DNA of 18,216 bases from Synechococcus sp. (lineage in GTDB: Bacteria; Cyanobacteriota; Cyanobacteriia; Thermostichales; PCC-7336): assembly GCA_051439425.1 (NCBI GenBank), contig JBFRWD010000041.1:1-18216 (forward strand), written 5' to 3'. Both the position numbers and the translations under genes were made by a program. The notes under the pieces are model-generated. The model did not search any database. It was not told the origin of the DNA and worked only from the letters and a program-made list of their open reading frames with translations. Below are positions 1 to 9,820 of this stretch, in pieces; position 1 is the stretch's first letter, and the number at the start of each line of letters is the position of its first letter.

Positions 1-110
1 TTTTCACTCGCTTGATGCTCGACTGGCATTACCAACACATACGGCGATTGCAGGCGCGCCAAGACACTCTCGAACCCTTTGACCTCTCCTTTCTACGACC
101 TCCTGCATGA

Positions 111-130
111 GGTGCAAAATGTCAGTCTAG
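111..130. mobile_element. Possible terminal inverted repeat of a second IS inserted into the IS6 remnant, next to a CTAG target-like tetramer
   Basis: IS6 homology stops at ~127. Sequence GGTGCAAAATGTCAGT (111-126) abuts CTAG (127-130). It resembles cyanobacterial IS ends from memory; the partner end is not in the window. Confidence 0.3.
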
Positions 131-513
131 GAGCACAAGCCCGCGACTTGAGTAACTTACGGGCAATTTCTCAGCATCCCGTCCATCGCGATGACGTTGC
201 ATCAGGATATCGATGACTTACCCTGTCTTATCGACAGCTTGCCTAGGTAGTCCTTCTTTCCCTTAGTCTTGAACTCTACTTCATCGAAGTGCCATTTATA
301 AGCCGATCTAGGACGATGGCGACGCAGTTGATTGGCATAGGCTTGAGCAAATTTGAGGAACCACTACCGAATCGCTTCGTAAGTGACGCAGATGCCACAA
401 TAGAGCATCATTTTCTCGATATTCCTGAAACTAAGAGGAAAGGTGTAGTACAACCAGGCGCAGTAGGAGATGATCTTGTGGGGAAAACGATGTCGCTTGT
501 AATTAGGGCTGAT
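127..513 (-). pseudogene. IS6-family transposase remnant (N-terminal half, degenerate)
   Basis: Manual minus-strand translation gives SPNYKRHRFPHKIISYCAWLYYTFPLSFRNIEKMMLYCGICVTYEAIR*WFLKFAQAYANQLRRHRPRSAYKWHFDEV...[frameshift ~243]QAVDKTG*VIDILMQRHRD...RKLLKSRACAPR. This matches the IS6 pattern YKRHRFP..W.Y..F.LS.R / W..DE / AVD..G..ID. In-frame stops at 364-366 and 218-220; the likely start has decayed to ATC (511-513). Confidence 0.9.
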
Positions 514-657
514 TCTCTAAACTTTGCTCAGCATTGCTCATTGATGCTAAGGCAGATAAGTCGTTAGTCCCAGCTCGACCTAATGTTGGTGCTCTACCGT
601 AGATGTACCCGAGCACAGCTTTGATTCCTCTGCAAAGACTCATATGCCAAGATTCCA

Positions 658-1584
658 ATGCCAAACCAGCGACCCGGATTAATTGCTATCTGTGGTCCCA
701 CCGCCACAGGTAAATCTGCAGTCGCCCTTCAGTTAGCACAACGTCTGCAAGTCCCCCTCTTAAGCGCAGATTCGCGGCAAATTTATCGCGATTTCACCAT
801 CGGTACAGCTAAACCCACTGCTGCCGAACAAGCCCAATGGCCGCATCACCTGATTGATATTGCCGACCCGACTGAAACTTTCACGGTCGCGCAATACAAG
901 CGCCTGGCCGATTGCATGATTGCCGCAGCGCACGAGCGCGGACGCAGTCCGATTGTTGTGGGGGGAACCGGCCTCTACATTCAGGCACTTGTGGAGGGAT
1001 TGGCCATCCCTGCAGTTGCTCCTAATCCACAGCTACGCTGCCAGTTGGAGGCCATTCCTCAATCCATTCGCCATGCATTTCTTCAGCAAGTTGACCCTGC
1101 TGGGAGCCAGAAAATTCATCTCAACGACTCAATTCGGACGGTGCGATCGCTGGAGGTGTATTATACTGCCGGACAACCTCTATCCCAACTGCAACAACGT
1201 ATTCCCCCTGACTACAGTACGTTGGCGATGGGTCTGCGATGCCGCGATCTAGACAGATTGGCGGAACGTATTGCTGTACGGGTAGATTGCATGGTGGAGC
1301 AGGGGTGGATCGATGAAGTGACTGCCCTACGGCAGACATACGGCAAAGACCTGCCGCTCCTGCAAACATTGGGGTACCGGGAACTAGGCTTGTATCTCGA
1401 TGGGATGGTGTCGTTGGACGCAGCAAAGCAAGATGTCGTGACGCACACCCGACAATTTGCCAAACGGCAGATGACTTGGTTCCGCCGCACGCCAGGTATT
1501 ATCTGGTTCGATCGCGATGATGACAGACTCATGCCCAAGATTCAGCAAACAGTCGAGCGCTATTTGGAGTGCTTGGAGTGGTGA
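658..1584 (+). CDS. miaA: tRNA (adenosine(37)-N6)-dimethylallyltransferase
   Basis: GPTATGKS P-loop, SADSRQIY, IGTAKP, HHLID, VGGTGLY, TRQFAKRQMTWFR motifs. Confidence 0.97.
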   Translation: MPNQRPGLIAICGPTATGKSAVALQLAQRLQVPLLSADSRQIYRDFTIGTAKPTAAEQAQWPHHLIDIADPTETFTVAQYKRLADCMIAAAHERGRSPIVVGGTGLYIQALVEGLAIPAVAPNPQLRCQLEAIPQSIRHAFLQQVDPAGSQKIHLNDSIRTVRSLEVYYTAGQPLSQLQQRIPPDYSTLAMGLRCRDLDRLAERIAVRVDCMVEQGWIDEVTALRQTYGKDLPLLQTLGYRELGLYLDGMVSLDAAKQDVVTHTRQFAKRQMTWFRRTPGIIWFDRDDDRLMPKIQQTVERYLECLEW

Positions 1585-1668
1585 ACATATTGCTGTACCC
1601 AGGCTGCTATGCCCCGTGCTGCCAGTAAGCCCCCAGGCAATGCATGGTTTCTGGAACCAAACACTGCA

Positions 1669-3120
1669 TTAGACACGCGATAGGGGCGGATTTGTCGCCG
1701 TCAACTGCTTGGTTTCCACGTCACTGGATTGTGGGGAGGCTTTGGGCAGATGCAAGGTAAACGTGCTGCCCTCTCCTACTTTGGAATCCACAGCGATCGA
1801 GCCGCGCATCTGCTCCATTAACACTGTCGCGATCGATAATCCGAGGCCTACCCCACCCTTGGCTCGATTGCGAGAGCCATCGGCACGGTAGAAGCGATCG
1901 AAAATTCGCGGCAATTGTTCGGGGGAAATTCCGATACCGCTATCCTGGATATCCACGATGACTTCAGACTCCGAGCTGGATACTCGTAACACAATCGGGC
2001 TATCACTCTCGGAATAGCGACCGGCATTAGTAATCAGGTTCAACATCACCTGCTTGAGACTGTGACGGCAGGCGATCGCCTTGACCGGCCGGGCGGGTAA
2101 TTCGAGCTCGAAGGGATTGGACACGATTTGGCTGGCTAGCCCTTCTATTTCGCCAGCAAACTCGCCCATCTCAATCGCATCGGTTGTCATCTTTCTGCCA
2201 CAAGATTCTGCCCGTGCCAAATTCATCATCTCTTGCAGCAGGCGGACTGTTCCTTGGGTTTCGTCCAATGCAGTTGTCAAAGACTCTCGCTGCATCTCGG
2301 TCAAATTTTGCCCCCGTCGCAGCGTACTTTCTAGGTATCCCTGCACAATGGCCAATGGCGTGCGTAGCTCGTGAGAAATATCTCCCAGGAGTTGCTGCTC
2401 GGTTTCCCATGCACCTGCCAAGCGATCGATCATCTGGTTAAGGGCCACCACAAGCTGTTCGACTTCTTCTGGGGCATCCATCAACGATAAGCGGCTTTCT
2501 TCGAGGCTATCGATCGAGATAGTGTCCGTTACCCGACTGAGCTTGCGCAATGGAGACAGCGAACGGCGAATCAACGCCATCCCAATGACTGTGGCTGCAG
2601 TAACAGCAACTAACCCGGATATGGATAGAGTGCGAATGAAACCCCAATACGCGCGATCGGACGGCGTAATGTCATCAATGATGCTGACGAAAACTTCCGA
2701 GCCGTCATTCATGGTGAGCCACTGTCCGCACGCAATCCAGGACTGACCGTTGTTGCGAATGAGTTCGGGGGATGGAGGCATAAAGCTAGCGTAAGACTCG
2801 TACCCGTTAAGCGTCTCCGACTGAAAGAGGATGTCACCCTGACGGTCTTCCACTTGAACCCACGTATCTAAGTCAGAGTACTTGTCTCCTCCCCGTTCGA
2901 GCGCCTCCGCGGGGGTCAACATCTCTTGGTAGGTATTTACATCTTGAAATAAGCGAGTCAGCGTATCTTCTTGCTGAACTTTAGTGGATGAAAAAATTTC
3001 GCGGTACATCGTCCATGTAGCGAAACCGCCTGTGGCCCCAACGACTGCTACGGTTGCAGACACGGAGATCGCCATCAGCCGGCACTGGAGTGAAGAGCAT
3101 AGTCTCGGCAACTTAAACAT
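1669..3120 (-). CDS. Membrane sensor histidine kinase (2 TM, HAMP, HisKA, HATPase_c), possibly ManS/Hik27-like
   Basis: H-box ISHELRTPL, N-box NLITNAGRYS, G1 DSGIGI, F-box IFDRFYRAD, G2 GVGLGLSI; two hydrophobic segments and a HAMP linker (PEEVEQLVVALNQMIDRL). ATG at 3120 preferred over TTG at 3132. Confidence 0.93.
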   Translation of the reverse strand: MFKLPRLCSSLQCRLMAISVSATVAVVGATGGFATWTMYREIFSSTKVQQEDTLTRLFQDVNTYQEMLTPAEALERGGDKYSDLDTWVQVEDRQGDILFQSETLNGYESYASFMPPSPELIRNNGQSWIACGQWLTMNDGSEVFVSIIDDITPSDRAYWGFIRTLSISGLVAVTAATVIGMALIRRSLSPLRKLSRVTDTISIDSLEESRLSLMDAPEEVEQLVVALNQMIDRLAGAWETEQQLLGDISHELRTPLAIVQGYLESTLRRGQNLTEMQRESLTTALDETQGTVRLLQEMMNLARAESCGRKMTTDAIEMGEFAGEIEGLASQIVSNPFELELPARPVKAIACRHSLKQVMLNLITNAGRYSESDSPIVLRVSSSESEVIVDIQDSGIGISPEQLPRIFDRFYRADGSRNRAKGGVGLGLSIATVLMEQMRGSIAVDSKVGEGSTFTLHLPKASPQSSDVETKQLTATNPPLSRV

Positions 3121-3237
3121 TGTGGCTCTCAATGAGGCGACCCAATTGTGGAATCTTTGACGATTTTATTGTAGAGAGAGCGCCTGAGGGGACACCTAGG
3201 TAATCTTGAGTTTTTCTGGCCATTCCGTATGATTTTC

Positions 3238-3253
3238 CTGAGAGAATTCTCAG
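3238..3253. promoter_or_regulatory. Palindrome CTGAGA-GAAT-TCTCAG upstream of the histidine kinase
   Basis: 6-bp perfect arms with a 4-nt spacer; contains the overlapping perfect palindrome GAGAATTCTC (3242-3251); lies in a divergent intergenic region. Confidence 0.35.
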
Positions 3254-3605
3254 TTACCGGTCGGAGCAGGTGTTTGAGGAATGCGAATGATCTAGGGGCT
3301 TGCCAGGCTTGTTATGAGAGGCGTCATCAAACGACCAAAGCAATGCAGCCTGCCTGAGTAAGAGCAAGTCCTCATCACGTCTATGCTGACAGAACACTAG
3401 TGCCACTTTAGCGATCGTCAAGTTGTCGCAGCCTTGGCTGCTATTCTCCGAAAATGAGTAGCCTGCACTAGAATTCTCCGCGCTAGAATTACCAAGCTAA
3501 GAACACATATAGAAGTAGACTTACGCTTACCTGCTGTCTGCAAATTTCAAAATCACGTTACTACTTAAAGTGGCGGAGTCGACGAAGTCTGCTATCCTAA
3601 ACCCC

Positions 3606-3611
3606 TATAAT
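3606..3611 (+). promoter_or_regulatory. Consensus -10 box TATAAT for the PP2C gene
   Basis: Exact TATAAT ending 13 nt before the ATG at 3625. Confidence 0.45.
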
Positions 3612-3624
3612 TTCTGCCTTAGTT

Positions 3625-5373
3625 ATGTCTAAGTCTGATGGATATCGTCACAGTCACTCGTCTAACAGCGAGGGTGGCTCTTCACGATTCCTCCAAGGAC
3701 AGTCCGAGAGCGCTCAATCCGCTCGTGAAACCGAGGGGCCTTTGGTGTCGTCGTCGGAGCCTAACAACTCTCGTTCGGACATTCCCCCCGATATTGCACC
3801 GGATGACGCTGAATGGGGGGATGTTGATTTAACACAAGTTGAACCCGAATCTATTTCGAGTGCGCTAGCGAGAACTCAACCATCACTTCAACTGGGAACC
3901 GGAACAATTGAGGTTGCTTCTGTTGGAGCCCTCAGGCAGCTAGTGGAACATCTGAATCGCGAACGAATCAAGGTTCAGGAATTGATGAGTTCTCTTAGCT
4001 TTGCACTGCGGTCGTTTAATAATGTCAATCAGATATTGGAATTAATTCCGCTAGTGTCTAGTCGCATTGCCGATGCGAGTGGAGCTGCTCTGGTGCTGTT
4101 TGAGGGCACGGGAGACATTAAAATCTCGCGCATGTTTTGCAGCGAAGGGGGAGATTGTTCGCGCATTAAACAAGCCTTGGAGCGTGCTGTTGAGTCTGTG
4201 ATTTCCGAGTTCGAGGCTTCCCCCGGTGGTCAGCCCCCTAGAGATATGGCCAAAACGGCGGCCTACAGTACCGACGCCCCTACCTCCCCCTCGCTAAAAC
4301 TAGCGGATAGCTTTGAACAGCTGTTGGATGAGCGAGTGGGCGTGAATTTGGGTGGAGAGGTACAGCTATTTGGAACCTCGCTGCTATCGAGAAATGTCAT
4401 TCGGGGGCGGCTGTACGTGTTCAGTCACCAACCCGATTACATGTGGAATGCCGAGCGGCAGAAACTCATTCGATTGGTTGCCGATCAAACTGCTGTCGCG
4501 CTCGAGAATGACAGTCTCAGTTTGGAACTGCGCTATCGCAGCCGTATTGCTCAGGAGATTGCAATTGGGTCGGAAATTCAGCAGCGATTGCAACCCCAAC
4601 GATGCCCGACAATCTCCGGGTTAGAGATTGCTGCCCGCAGTGAGTCTGCAAGTCCTGTCGGGGGAGATTATTACGATTTTGTCCGGGTGCCAGTATCTGC
4701 TGAGGAGCTACCTACTGATGGTGTCCCCGCGGACAATGACAGCAGCTCTACGGAACAGCACCAACTGTGTCGATGGGGCATTGCCATTGGGGACGTGATG
4801 GGGAAAGGGGTACCGGCTGGACTGCTGATGATGGCAACTCGCGGGGTGTTGCGGGCAGAAGTACTGCACAATCGCGAACCGGCCCAAATTTTGCGGCACC
4901 TGAATCGCGTCACCCATAGTGACATGGAGAATTCAAGGCGATTTGTCAGCCTGTTTTACTCGGATTTTTGCCCTGTTACGCGTCAACTTCGATACAGTAA
5001 CGCAGCGCATAATCCCTGTTTGTGGTGGCAGGCTGCGACGGAAACGGTGAGCACTCTCGATACAGATGGAATGCTGATTGGTGTTGATTCTGAGAGCCAG
5101 TACGGGCAGAACCAGGTGACGCTCAATTCTGGAGATGTGGTTTTGTACTACACCGATGGAGTGACTGAGGCTGTTAATCCGAAGGGCGATCGCTTTGAGG
5201 AGGCTGGTCTCGTTCGGGCTCTGAAAGGGGCTGCAAGCAATGGTGATGGTGCCCAAGACATCCTCGATCGCCTGTTCGAACAAGTTCGACAATTTCGACA
5301 AGGATTGGAAGGGATTCAGTTTCGAGACGATATGACGGTTGTCGTCATTAAGGTGTGCCCGACTGCCGAGTAG
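3625..5373 (+). CDS. GAF + SpoIIE/PP2C (RsbU-like) Ser/Thr phosphatase
   Basis: VGGDYYDF, IGDVMGKGVPAGLLM, YSNAAH, LYYTDGVTEA, DDMTVVVIK motifs; GAF-like segment ending VADQTAVALEN; sits upstream of argH as in many cyanobacteria. Confidence 0.93.
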   Translation: MSKSDGYRHSHSSNSEGGSSRFLQGQSESAQSARETEGPLVSSSEPNNSRSDIPPDIAPDDAEWGDVDLTQVEPESISSALARTQPSLQLGTGTIEVASVGALRQLVEHLNRERIKVQELMSSLSFALRSFNNVNQILELIPLVSSRIADASGAALVLFEGTGDIKISRMFCSEGGDCSRIKQALERAVESVISEFEASPGGQPPRDMAKTAAYSTDAPTSPSLKLADSFEQLLDERVGVNLGGEVQLFGTSLLSRNVIRGRLYVFSHQPDYMWNAERQKLIRLVADQTAVALENDSLSLELRYRSRIAQEIAIGSEIQQRLQPQRCPTISGLEIAARSESASPVGGDYYDFVRVPVSAEELPTDGVPADNDSSSTEQHQLCRWGIAIGDVMGKGVPAGLLMMATRGVLRAEVLHNREPAQILRHLNRVTHSDMENSRRFVSLFYSDFCPVTRQLRYSNAAHNPCLWWQAATETVSTLDTDGMLIGVDSESQYGQNQVTLNSGDVVLYYTDGVTEAVNPKGDRFEEAGLVRALKGAASNGDGAQDILDRLFEQVRQFRQGLEGIQFRDDMTVVVIKVCPTAE

Positions 5374-5498
5374 TGGTGTGACAGTGTGTTGCAGGAGCGA
5401 TATCTATTGCCGCAGTGGCAATTCTGTAGCAGCCATTGTCATTTGCTTAGATGGGTACTCTAGGGTGTACCTTCACGCTAGACCTGTAGGGGCATGTC

Positions 5499-5792
5499 AT
5501 GAGCTATTCCGCGTCGAATCTGGTCTCTTCAATTCCTGCTACTACTGCTTCAACTTCCGTGCAGATATCGGAGGTAATGGTCTTGGATTTTGAATCAGAT
5601 GTATTAGAGTTAGAGGCTACGGCTAACGATCGGCCATTCAATGACCAGTCATTTATTGTTGCCCAAGGCTTCGAGCAAGACGTTTTAGGGGATATCCAAA
5701 ATGGCTTCACAAACTTTGTCGAAACGGGACAAGTGTGGGCGCTGTTGATTGGTTTGGTGCTGGGCTATGTTATTCGGGGATTGACGCGGTAA
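5499..5792 (+). CDS. Small cyanobacterial membrane protein (hypothetical); start uncertain
   Basis: C-terminal QDVLGDIQNGFTNFVETGQVWALLIGLVLGYVIRGLT: amphipathic helix plus TM segment, resembling a conserved cyanobacterial hypothetical protein; co-oriented between the PP2C gene and argH. Confidence 0.75.
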   Translation: MSYSASNLVSSIPATTASTSVQISEVMVLDFESDVLELEATANDRPFNDQSFIVAQGFEQDVLGDIQNGFTNFVETGQVWALLIGLVLGYVIRGLTR

Positions 5793-5920
5793 TCGACAAC
5801 TGAGTTCAATCCAGGACTGGGTTTCTAGCGGGATCGTCAACCTCTGAACCTTCACTTTAATGTTTTAACTCGTAATAGCCATCGCTGAAATATCCCAAGC
5901 TGTGTGGACACCGCTCTACA

Positions 5921-7372
5921 ATGATCGAGCCCGATTGTCGAGGATCTTCCACTGTGGTTGAGTCTGCATCCCCCACCCCAAAAACTTGGAGTCAGCGATT
6001 TGAGGGCAGCTTGCATCCGGCGATCGCTCAATTCAATGCCAGTATTGGGTTCGATATTCGTCTGCTGGACTATGACTTAACCGGCTCTCAGGCGCACGCT
6101 CGCATGTTGGCCCACTGCAACATTATTGGAGCAGACGAAGCCGAACAGATTTGCACTGCTCTAGAGCAGATTCGTGGGGAATATCGCAATGGTACGTTTC
6201 AGCCCACGATTGATGATGAAGATGTCCACTATGCTGTCGAGCATCGCTTAGTCGAGCTGATTGGGGATACGGGTAAAAAGTTGCATACGGCTCGCTCTCG
6301 TAACGACCAGGTAGCAACCGACCTCCGACTGTATTTACGCGATCGTATTGATGCGATTCACCAGCAGTTGCATCAGTTTCAGGCGGCTCTACTCGAACTG
6401 GCTGCCCAGCACGTCACCACAGCCATTCCGGGGTATACCCACCTGCAGCGGGCACAGCCGATCAGTTTAGCCCATCATTTGCTGGCCTATTTTGAAATGA
6501 CCCAACGGGATATTGAACGGTTGCAGGATGTGCGCAAGCGTACGAACCGCTGTCCGCTAGGGTCGGGTGCTCTGGCTGGAACCACCTTGCCCATCGATCG
6601 CCACTTTTCCGCTAACTTACTGGGGTTTGACACCATTACTGCAAATAGCTTGGATGCGGTTAGCGATCGCGATTATGTAGTGGAGTTTCATGCAGCAGCC
6701 AGTCTGATTTTGCTCCATCTGAGTCGGCTCTCTGAAGAAATGATTGTGTGGGCATCGCACGAGTTTCAGTTTGTACGACTGACGGATGCCTGCGCCACGG
6801 GATCGAGCCTAATGCCCCAAAAGAAGAACCCAGATGTACCGGAATTGGTTCGAGGAAAAACCGGTCGGGTATTTGGTCACTTGCAGGCCTTATTAACCAC
6901 GATGAAAGGGTTGCCTCTCGCTTACAACAAAGATCTTCAAGAGGACAAAGAGGGGCTGTTTGATTCAGTCGATACTGTTTTGGTGTGTTTGGAGGCGATG
7001 ACTATTTTGCTGAGGGACGGGGTGGAATTTCAGCACGATCGATTGGCCCAGGCGGTTACGGAAGATTTCTCAAACGCTACGGATGTAGCAGACTATTTGG
7101 TGCGCAAAGGGGTACCGTTCCGCACGGCCTATCAATTGGTGGGAGCTATTGTCAAAACCTGCTTGTCCGAATCGCTCTTGCTAAAGGATTTGCCTTTGGA
7201 GCGGTGGCAACAGTTCAATGCTGCATTTGACAGCGATATTTACGACGCTATTGCTCCCAATCGGGTGATCTCTGCCCGGATTAGTGCGGGCGGGACGGGC
7301 TTTGATGCAGTGAGAGCGGCTCTTGAGAGTGCTCGGGAGTTGTGGGTGATTACGGGAGACCGCGCAGTTTAG
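5921..7372 (+). CDS. argH: Argininosuccinate lyase
   Basis: [39 protein letters not shown] signature, [14 protein letters not shown]. True start may be a few codons downstream. Confidence 0.98.
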   Translation: MIEPDCRGSSTVVESASPTPKTWSQRFEGSLHPAIAQFNASIGFDIRLLDYDLTGSQAHARMLAHCNIIGADEAEQICTALEQIRGEYRNGTFQPTIDDEDVHYAVEHRLVELIGDTGKKLHTARSRNDQVATDLRLYLRDRIDAIHQQLHQFQAALLELAAQHVTTAIPGYTHLQRAQPISLAHHLLAYFEMTQRDIERLQDVRKRTNRCPLGSGALAGTTLPIDRHFSANLLGFDTITANSLDAVSDRDYVVEFHAAASLILLHLSRLSEEMIVWASHEFQFVRLTDACATGSSLMPQKKNPDVPELVRGKTGRVFGHLQALLTTMKGLPLAYNKDLQEDKEGLFDSVDTVLVCLEAMTILLRDGVEFQHDRLAQAVTEDFSNATDVADYLVRKGVPFRTAYQLVGAIVKTCLSESLLLKDLPLERWQQFNAAFDSDIYDAIAPNRVISARISAGGTGFDAVRAALESARELWVITGDRAV

Positions 7373-7390
7373 CAAGACGCGATTTAGCAA

Positions 7391-7494
7391 TATAGCAATC
7401 AGCTGTAAGGTCTGGAGTTCGGAAACCGCTCAACGCTTTGATTGGCAAGGACAGTAAGTCAGGAAACTCTCCATAGCGGATTGCAAACCGCTAC
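7391..7494 (+). repeat. Dispersed MITE-like repeat, copy 1 (complete)
   Basis: TATAGCAATCAGCTGTAAGG...AGGAAACTCTCCATAGCGGATTGCAAACCGCTAC; inverted repeat GCAATCAGCTGT (7395-7406) / ATAGCGGATTGC (7473-7484); homologous to 14109-14209 and 15966-16053. Confidence 0.8.
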
Positions 7495-7521
7495 TGTTGT
7501 TCGGTGTGGTACTGCGATACG

Positions 7522-8322
7522 TCAGTTTGACAGAACTGTTTGAGTGGAATCGAGCGCTGGGTTAGCGGATGCGTCGAGTTCGGGGTACTGGACGACAGGG
7601 AAATAATGGAAACGACGGAACGGCCAGAAGCGGACAAATGTGCGTCCAATGATGTTTTCGCGCGGCAGGAAACCCCAAACGTGGGAGTCCTGGCTGTTGT
7701 TGCGGTTATCGCCTAACACAAAGTAGTGATCGTCCGGAACCACAATCGGAGCGTTAGAGGAGTTGCCTTCAACAGGATAGCCCTTCAATTCACCCAAGAT
7801 CGTAATGTTACCGGCATAGCTGAAACCGCGGGTAGGTAGTTCAAACACATACGACTCGTCCAGTCGTTCTCCGTTGACGTAGATGCCGTCATCCAAACGA
7901 ATTTCGATGGTATCTCCCGGTAGGCCCACCACCCGCTTGATGAACGCATCGTCCGTTTCTAGATGATCGGGGGGAATAAAGACAACAATGTCTCCGCGAC
8001 TAGGGTCGCTAAATCGGTAGGACAATTTTTCGACAACTAGGCGATCGCCGACTTCCAGCGTTGGCAACATGGATTCAGAAGGAATCCAGCGGGGTTCGGC
8101 AATAAAGGTGCGAATGATTAATGTCAGGACCAGTGCCGCCAGAAGAGTGGATGTGATGTCGTTCGTGAGGAGCCAACGGAGTGGTTCTGGCAACCATCGA
8201 GCGATCCCGGTTTGGGGGGACGAGGTATCTGCGGACGGGGATGTTGGTGACTGATTATTGGCCGTGAGAGAGGTGCCCGTTTCGCGAGTCTCTCGGTTGT
8301 CGATGTTCTCTTTTGGTGGCAT
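7522..8322 (-). CDS. lepB: Signal peptidase I
   Basis: TM helix, then IPSESMLPTL (catalytic Ser), RGDIVVF, FIKRVVGLPGD (catalytic Lys), GDNRNNSQDSH. Confidence 0.96.
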   Translation of the reverse strand: MPPKENIDNRETRETGTSLTANNQSPTSPSADTSSPQTGIARWLPEPLRWLLTNDITSTLLAALVLTLIIRTFIAEPRWIPSESMLPTLEVGDRLVVEKLSYRFSDPSRGDIVVFIPPDHLETDDAFIKRVVGLPGDTIEIRLDDGIYVNGERLDESYVFELPTRGFSYAGNITILGELKGYPVEGNSSNAPIVVPDDHYFVLGDNRNNSQDSHVWGFLPRENIIGRTFVRFWPFRRFHYFPVVQYPELDASANPALDSTQTVLSN

Positions 8323-8499
8323 CTATACTCAAGCAGACAGTGGAACTGCCCGATAGGGATCTAGCTTAGCTACAGGCTTTCCATTATTACACGCTCAATC
8401 ACGACAGGTGGGCGGTGAACGGGTAGAAACTCTAACGAGCTTTGCTGGTAGTATTTTGCGTTTACAGGCGACGGACGACGTTTATCTGACTGCCCATAT

Positions 8500-9471
8500 C
8501 TAATCGTTCATTGAGTCAAGAATGCCGATGGAAATATCGTCCAGCCAGATCACCCGGCGGTCGATGCGCGATCGCTCTGGGTTGCGCGTCCAAATCCATT
8601 TGTATACGCCCAGTTTGAAGTAGGGAGGGGTGCGGTCGTTGTAGGTGTTGGCTCCACGGTGGGTGTGGATGTGTTGGCCATCTTTCCAAATGCGAATGAT
8701 GCCGTCCCCGTCATAGCTCCAACGAATGTGAAAGGCCCAATCAATCCACCGACCTCGTTCGATGGGGCCGGTCCAGGCTGTGAGTTCGGTGAAGGTCTCT
8801 CCAGGGTCATTAGTGCGGTTAACTTGGGCGGCATCGGAACGGGTGACCAGTTCGAAGACTTCGCCGTCAACGCGGAGAGACAGAGGGGGCTGTCGGAAGG
8901 GCTCTCCGAGATCGCGATCGGGGCGTCCGTGCCATTGAGCAACAACCTCTGCCACATCATCGGTTTCCCATTCGGGGGGAAGATACATTCTGAATTGATA
9001 GAAATAGTCGGTTCCGAATTCGAATCCATCACGTTCAACTCTGGGAACGAGTTCGGAGCGCAGTTTGTTATTGGAAATGGGGTCGTCTCTGCGAACTTCG
9101 AGCCTGACGGCATAGCCTGGGGTGAGTGGATCGGCTTGGATGACAGCCCCATGAGTTTCTCGAGCACCACTATCGACTATGAAATTGCTGAGATCGTTGT
9201 CAAACGAGTCTTCGAAGATCGTGCGTTGGGGGGGAAGGGCGCTGGATAGGATGGAGCTGAGAGAGGGAGAGATTGGGCCGAAGCTGCGTTCGAGCTGGAG
9301 CTGATTTTGGGAAAGGGGCTGAGATTGCAAGCTGGCGACAGATCTCTCAATGGGAGAGAGCTCGGTTATGGAGATAAGGGATGAAAGTTGATTGGTGCAG
9401 GTAAACCCGCAGGCCATTGAGGGTTGGGTGAGTAAGGCGATGGGCAGTACTGGTAGAAACGTTCCAAGCAT
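8500..9471 (-). CDS. Secreted polysaccharide lyase-like (heparin lyase I family) protein
   Basis: RSEL, Y.F.MYLP..W, VAQWHG, PPLSL, GRWIDWAFHIRWS...G.IRIWKDG, PYFKLGVYK motifs typical of this beta-jelly-roll family; hydrophobic N-terminus and Ser/Pro/Gln-rich linker. Alternative GTG start at 9483. Confidence 0.85.
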   Translation of the reverse strand: MLGTFLPVLPIALLTQPSMACGFTCTNQLSSLISITELSPIERSVASLQSQPLSQNQLQLERSFGPISPSLSSILSSALPPQRTIFEDSFDNDLSNFIVDSGARETHGAVIQADPLTPGYAVRLEVRRDDPISNNKLRSELVPRVERDGFEFGTDYFYQFRMYLPPEWETDDVAEVVAQWHGRPDRDLGEPFRQPPLSLRVDGEVFELVTRSDAAQVNRTNDPGETFTELTAWTGPIERGRWIDWAFHIRWSYDGDGIIRIWKDGQHIHTHRGANTYNDRTPPYFKLGVYKWIWTRNPERSRIDRRVIWLDDISIGILDSMND

Positions 9472-9775
9472 GTCAACAGGCACATGTAGGGAGCAGTTGG
9501 GGAGAGAGCCGTCAAGTGTTTGGTACTGAGCAGGCGAGATCGCAAGTCCATACGCTATTACAGTTCTCGATGTTTTTTTATGAAGGCTAGACTTGTTGCG
9601 ATCCGGAAGGTCCCGTCTACGCTATCAATTTTGAGCAAAGCAAATCTAGCGTTTTTAAACGGTGCTGGATGCTGGGGTGCACCCTTTGATACACGGGAAT
9701 GTGATGCTGAAGCGCGCTGAGTGGAAATGGTGTTGATGCGAGATCTGACTATTAATATCAGTGGACATACCATTA

Positions 9776-9804
9776 CGGATATTTCAGCTGCGGATATTTC
9801 AGCT
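9776..9804. repeat. Tandem direct duplication CGGATATTTCAGCT x2 (15-nt period)
   Basis: Exact 14-mer at 9776-9789 and 9791-9804. Confidence 0.85.
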
Positions 9805-9820
9805 ATGGCAATCCGCTATA
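9805..9820. repeat. Isolated terminal motif of the MITE-like repeat
   Basis: GCAATCCGCTAT (9808-9819) is the exact reverse complement of 7473-7484 and matches 14110-14121 at 11 of 12 positions. Confidence 0.5.

Noticed and set aside
289..567. 92-aa plus-strand ORF
   Set aside because: Antisense shadow of the IS6 transposase pseudogene on the minus strand.
1585..1668. Terminator between miaA and the kinase
   Set aside because: Only short, weak hairpins without a convincing U-tract.
8550..9249. Long overlapping ORFs of 206 aa (-) and 196 aa (+) inside the lyase gene
   Set aside because: No recognisable motifs; explained by biased codon usage of the real gene.
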